Below, in pieces: positions 59,740 through 64,000 of a DNA stretch of 64,000 nt. Both the position numbers and the translations under genes were made by a program. The stretch comes from Selaginella moellendorffii (lineage: Eukaryota > Plantae > Lycopodiophyta), in contig NW_003314377.1 in the NCBI RefSeq assembly GCF_000143415.4, positions 1-64,000 on the forward strand. The letters are read 5' to 3'. The notes under the pieces are model-generated. The model was not told the DNA's origin and searched no databases. It saw nothing but the letters and a program-made list of their open reading frames with translations. Each line of letters begins with the position of its first letter. Positions within the stretch are counted from its first letter, which is position 1.

Positions 59740-62700
59740 TATAGGATCACTATCTCCATCCTCAAGGTATTATTTTGATTTTATAGAAAAGACTTTACTT
59801 TGCCAAATCTAAAGGGTGTTCACCTTTAGTAGGTTTTTTTAGCATTTTTTATTATAGCCTTTATCCACAACCCAACCTTGCAATCCTTTTCTTAGAGACT
59901 ATTTTCTTGAACTCATAATACCATTACATTGTTGCAGTTCATTTCCCTTAAGTGTTTTTCCCATTTGGTCATTTTGATTAAGCCACACCATTACTAATAT
60001 TTCAAATCAACACTTTGAACTAAGAATTTTATTCTTTAGCTATAAGATCATCTAGTGATCTAACCTTGACACCTTAACAAGTTTGCCAATAGGTGTTATA
60101 TCTTATTGACCATGACTTCGGGGGCATCCCCCACACTTGGTAGTGCACCCAAGCTAGCCTTTCCAGCCAAGGGTCTATAACAATTGAGATTGACTACCCC
60201 TATCTCATTCACCACGTCTTTAATGCTATTTGCACTAAAGTGTTCAATTGGATATGCCAAACTTTCATACTAAACAATTTAACTGTATATTATGACTCTA
60301 GGGCATCCCCCACTTAGCAGTGTGCCCAAGCCAATCTTCTTATTGAGAATCCATGACCACAGAATGGGTATAAATTGGTGCACTGGTGTGGAGAGTCACG
60401 CTAGGCATCTTGGATGATGCCATCTATAGATGCGTATACAAAGATTGGGTTCAAGTCCTAACCCTCTAGTGTTTCGATTTGAGTCCCAACACACTAGGGT
60501 GTGGTGATGGTTTGGAATATGAGGATACTCATTTAAAGTATGTTATAGATCATAACTTAGGAACTTAGTTCCTTCAAACTGCAAAGTCCTCTCATTTGAT
60601 TAGTTTGTGATCATGCATAAACTCCTCCATACTTAGCCCCATGGGTTACCCCTTTTGAAGTCAGCACTTTCAACTAGGGTCATTGTTCCCCTAACTTGCT
60701 AATCTTGCTTAGCAAGTCCTCTGACTAGCATAATATGGTTTCATATATAAGTGTGAAAATCCTTAACTATTGACTTTTGTTCAAAATCATCTCTTTGAAC
60801 ACTTGGGAATTACTTCTATAACTTTAATAACCTCACCTCATAGCAAGTTTCATGACCATACTTTTGTTGTGCCACTCTAATTTTGGGCGTTCTATGAACT
60901 ATTTACTTTTGTCTTTTTAAGTATTAACCTACCTAGAATTGTCTTAGGGAATCTTGAAAGGACTTTATCCCTTAACTTGCTAAGGCCTTTTTTTTCGTAA
61001 GCTTTTTAATTATCATATGGTCTAATATGGACAATTCCATACTTTAACTCTCTATAGTATCACACTTGGTAGTAATTACACATTTGAGCACTCACTTGAT
61101 TCTCCACTCCCAACTTACATAACCACTCTTAGTTATGCCTTTTAACTACTATAGTTCAATTCTATCCCTTTATTATTTGTTTTTGGCCTCATATGTTTCC
61201 TTCAATTATTCTCCTCTAAATTAAAAGGATAGCTTTGCACTTTCTACTATACTTTACCAAATATTTCTAGAGATAAACTTACCTGATAGCCTAAGAAATG
61301 GTTCTTTAATCCGGATATGCTCACCTTGTAATTCTACACACCGGGATTAATATTGTTACTTCATATACCCATCACTAGCCTTGTTAAAATCTTTTTTGGT
61401 TTTGTCCAATTTGAATAGATGGATTTCTCTCGTCTCTGCAACTTTGGATGTTGGATAACACCTTCTATCCATTATTTGCTAGATATCTGATGCTCTCATA
61501 ATACCAAATATCATTTCTTGGTGTTTTAGAATGTTTAAATGTCCTAATGATGCCCCCGCCCCCCCCTTTTTTTTTATAATGAGCATTTCCCTTTATGACA
61601 TTAATATAGTATAATGCAATATAAGTAATTTATCCCCTTGAGGGATATATCTAACCTTTTATATAATAAGAAGTTTTAGGTGGTTAACTTCATATTGCAC
61701 TTATTGCTTAATTGCCTTATAATTGTTAAATCTTATAACTCATTGCTAGTGCTTCTACACCTCTATCATTATTTGGGTCACCACACTCTAATTGTATGCC
61801 TCCCAGTTGGGATTCCTTTGGCAAGGGGTTTTTATGAACCCATTAATTTGACTATAAAGCATCACACTTTGGCATATTTAGTGTTTCTAGCGGCTCTATA
61901 AGTCTACTCTTAGGACACTTTCCACTTGTGTTTAAGTTTTTGCCAAAATCAAAGTAATTGTTTCTCATGCCAACTATCAATTAACATTGCACCATAGTGT
62001 TCACATGCAACTCTACGCTAAAGTTGCTTTCTTCTAGGACCACCTTTCCCATGACTTTAGTATGGCACATTTTGCCATTAATGAGATACCCACTGTTCTC
62101 ATACTTGGATTTTATGATCCTCTCCATCTTTCATAGGGTATAATACACCTCAGTCCAAATGTTTCCATCAGTTCTTTAGGATTATTCTTTAACTCTACTT
62201 GAGTCATCCAACTTTTTAGACTTTGCTAATTCGATGACCCGTAAGGTCCTAGCCTTTTGGCTATTTTTGAGGTGCCAGTTCACTAGAATACATCTTCTTG
62301 TATTCATGTCTTACTCATAAGGACTACCTTTGCAAATATTATTCTGACATTTGATTATTTTCTGTTCCCTGTGGGCTACCTTTGTCCCTTAGGACTATCC
62401 ATCCATATGATGAGAATACCAACTCATCTTCTAAATACACCCCTAACTCCTTGGGTTTATTCTAGCATTTATAAAAAGTAGCTCTGGTTACCATTTCAAA
62501 GACTTATATCCTCATTTGTATTTGACCTCCCACAGTCATTAATTCTAGTTTTAAATTCATGAGTATTAGCCTCAATTATATGAGGATAATCTTGTGACTC
62601 TTTTATTATTTTGGAGTTTTTATCTTTCTTGTGATCTCAACTATAGTTGTTTACCACAACTATATTAACTAGTTTGCTAAGTCAAACACTCATCTAGATC

Positions 62701-63765
62701 ACATCCTCAACTCTTTAAGAAAATATACTATTCCTAAGATCCCAAAGTCATTCCTTTATTGACCCTTTTCTATCCACCACATTATTAACATATTCATGTA
62801 TAAACTAAAGTGGAGAGTCATGCCTTCTCAACATACTACTCCTAAAGGAAGACCCACTCATAAAACCTTCTAATGCCAATATCAAGTGGTGATATACTTG
62901 AGCACTAATAAAAGTCGGACTAAGGAATAACTCTGATACCAAATTGTAAGTAACTAAATTTTCCATTTTATTTTAGTCATTTAGCCACACCTTCAACCAC
63001 TTAGAAAAGTCTCACTCACAACCTCTATATATCCTATTCCAGACTTAAGGACTTGCTAATCTCAAGAATGACATCTATGCCACTCAGCCTCCCCCCCCCG
63101 GAGGGATGATCACTTTGGATCCAATAGCATATATTAATATTTGGATTTGAACTCAGACTCAGTCTTGGACTTGGACTCGGTCTCGATCTTGGTCTTGGTT
63201 CCATCTCAAACTCCATCTTAAACTCCATCTCAAGTCCATCTTAAACTCCATTTTGAACTCCATTTTGGGTCCATCTTGGACTCTATCTCGGACTCCATCT
63301 TGGACTCCATCTTAGGTTCTATCTTGGACTCAATCTCTGACTCCATCTTGGACTCCATCTTGAACTCTATCTTGGGTCTATCTTGGACTTCATCTTAGAC
63401 TCCATTTTAAACTCCATCTCGGGTTCATCTCAGACTCCATCTTGGGTTCATCTCAGACTTTGTCTTGGGTCCATCTTAGATTCCATTTCGGACTCTGTCT
63501 CAAGTCTATCTCGAACTCCATCTCGGGTCCATCTCGACACTTCTACGTATCATGTGTTGGTCCTTTTGTGTCTTTTTTTTAGAGACTCATTTATTGCTTG
63601 CTTCATGCTCGTTCCTTGAGCACTTCTTTGAGAGTTCCACTCCCACTCTCAACTTTTTAAATTGGAGTTTTTAGGCCAAATATGTTACACTTGTTTGGCT
63701 TCCGTCGGCCACTATCACGTGCCCTTTTGGTTACACTTTTGAAGTTCTAGGATTTGTGTCTCACA
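59740..63765 (-). mobile_element. Family A element: internally deleted 5' LTR (62945-63765), PBS and decayed internal region
   Basis: Plus-strand CTCTGATACCA (62931-62941) sits next to the LTR terminus TGTAAGTAAC, which fixes the family A orientation. The interior is collinear with 11760-11987 plus 19257-21220. Confidence 0.85.
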
Positions 63766-64000
63766 ATAGATAGTTACCTCTTGCTACAAGGATGGTCTAG
63801 AATAAGATAGCTTCTAGGAGTTACAAGTTTGTATATGAGCTCTTGAAAGTTATGTATTATGCTTTATAGTATGCTGGTTTCTTGTTGTAGTTTTTTGACT
63901 AGACAAGTGGCATGTGATGTGCTTTATGTATGCATATTGTGTTGGTTGAGCTTTGTAATTGATTAAAATATAAATTTTGTGATAAGATCTAAGAAATTAT

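Overview
Eukaryotic plant nuclear DNA, most likely a lycophyte such as Selaginella. This is inferred from the ~50-70 nt introns, GC-rich genes, scattered PLS-type PPR fragments and an Oca1-type phosphatase; it is not proven. The window is a TE-dense mosaic with a few intact host genes: an intronless SMI1/KNR4-like gene (2713-4287), a secreted PLAT/LH2 gene (4754-5263), an Oca1-like PFA-DSP with an altered P-loop (30902-31712) and Notchless (31953-34043). Gene fragments include CSP41a, PPR, HPPR-like and an unknown family. The family labels below are my own. Family A has ~1.8-kb minisatellite-bearing LTRs and a decayed internal region. Family B is a Ty3/Gypsy chromovirus present as a near-intact copy (46598-54011, TSD GTGGG) and a non-coding young relative (11988-19256, TSD GTGTC). 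Family E is an old Gypsy. There are also pogo/DDE_1 relics and an intact 1022-aa Sola-like DNA transposase that carries three pairs of a 22-bp palindrome. The most striking signal is three ~185-bp LTRs carrying the 5S rRNA internal promoter (Cassandra-like). Two of them bound one TSD-flanked, three-LTR, two-PBS chimeric element (43240-54858) containing family A Gypsy-derived sequence, which links a 5S-TRIM to a candidate helper lineage. There are two 100-N gaps (6246-6345, 49141-49240). All alignments were made by eye.
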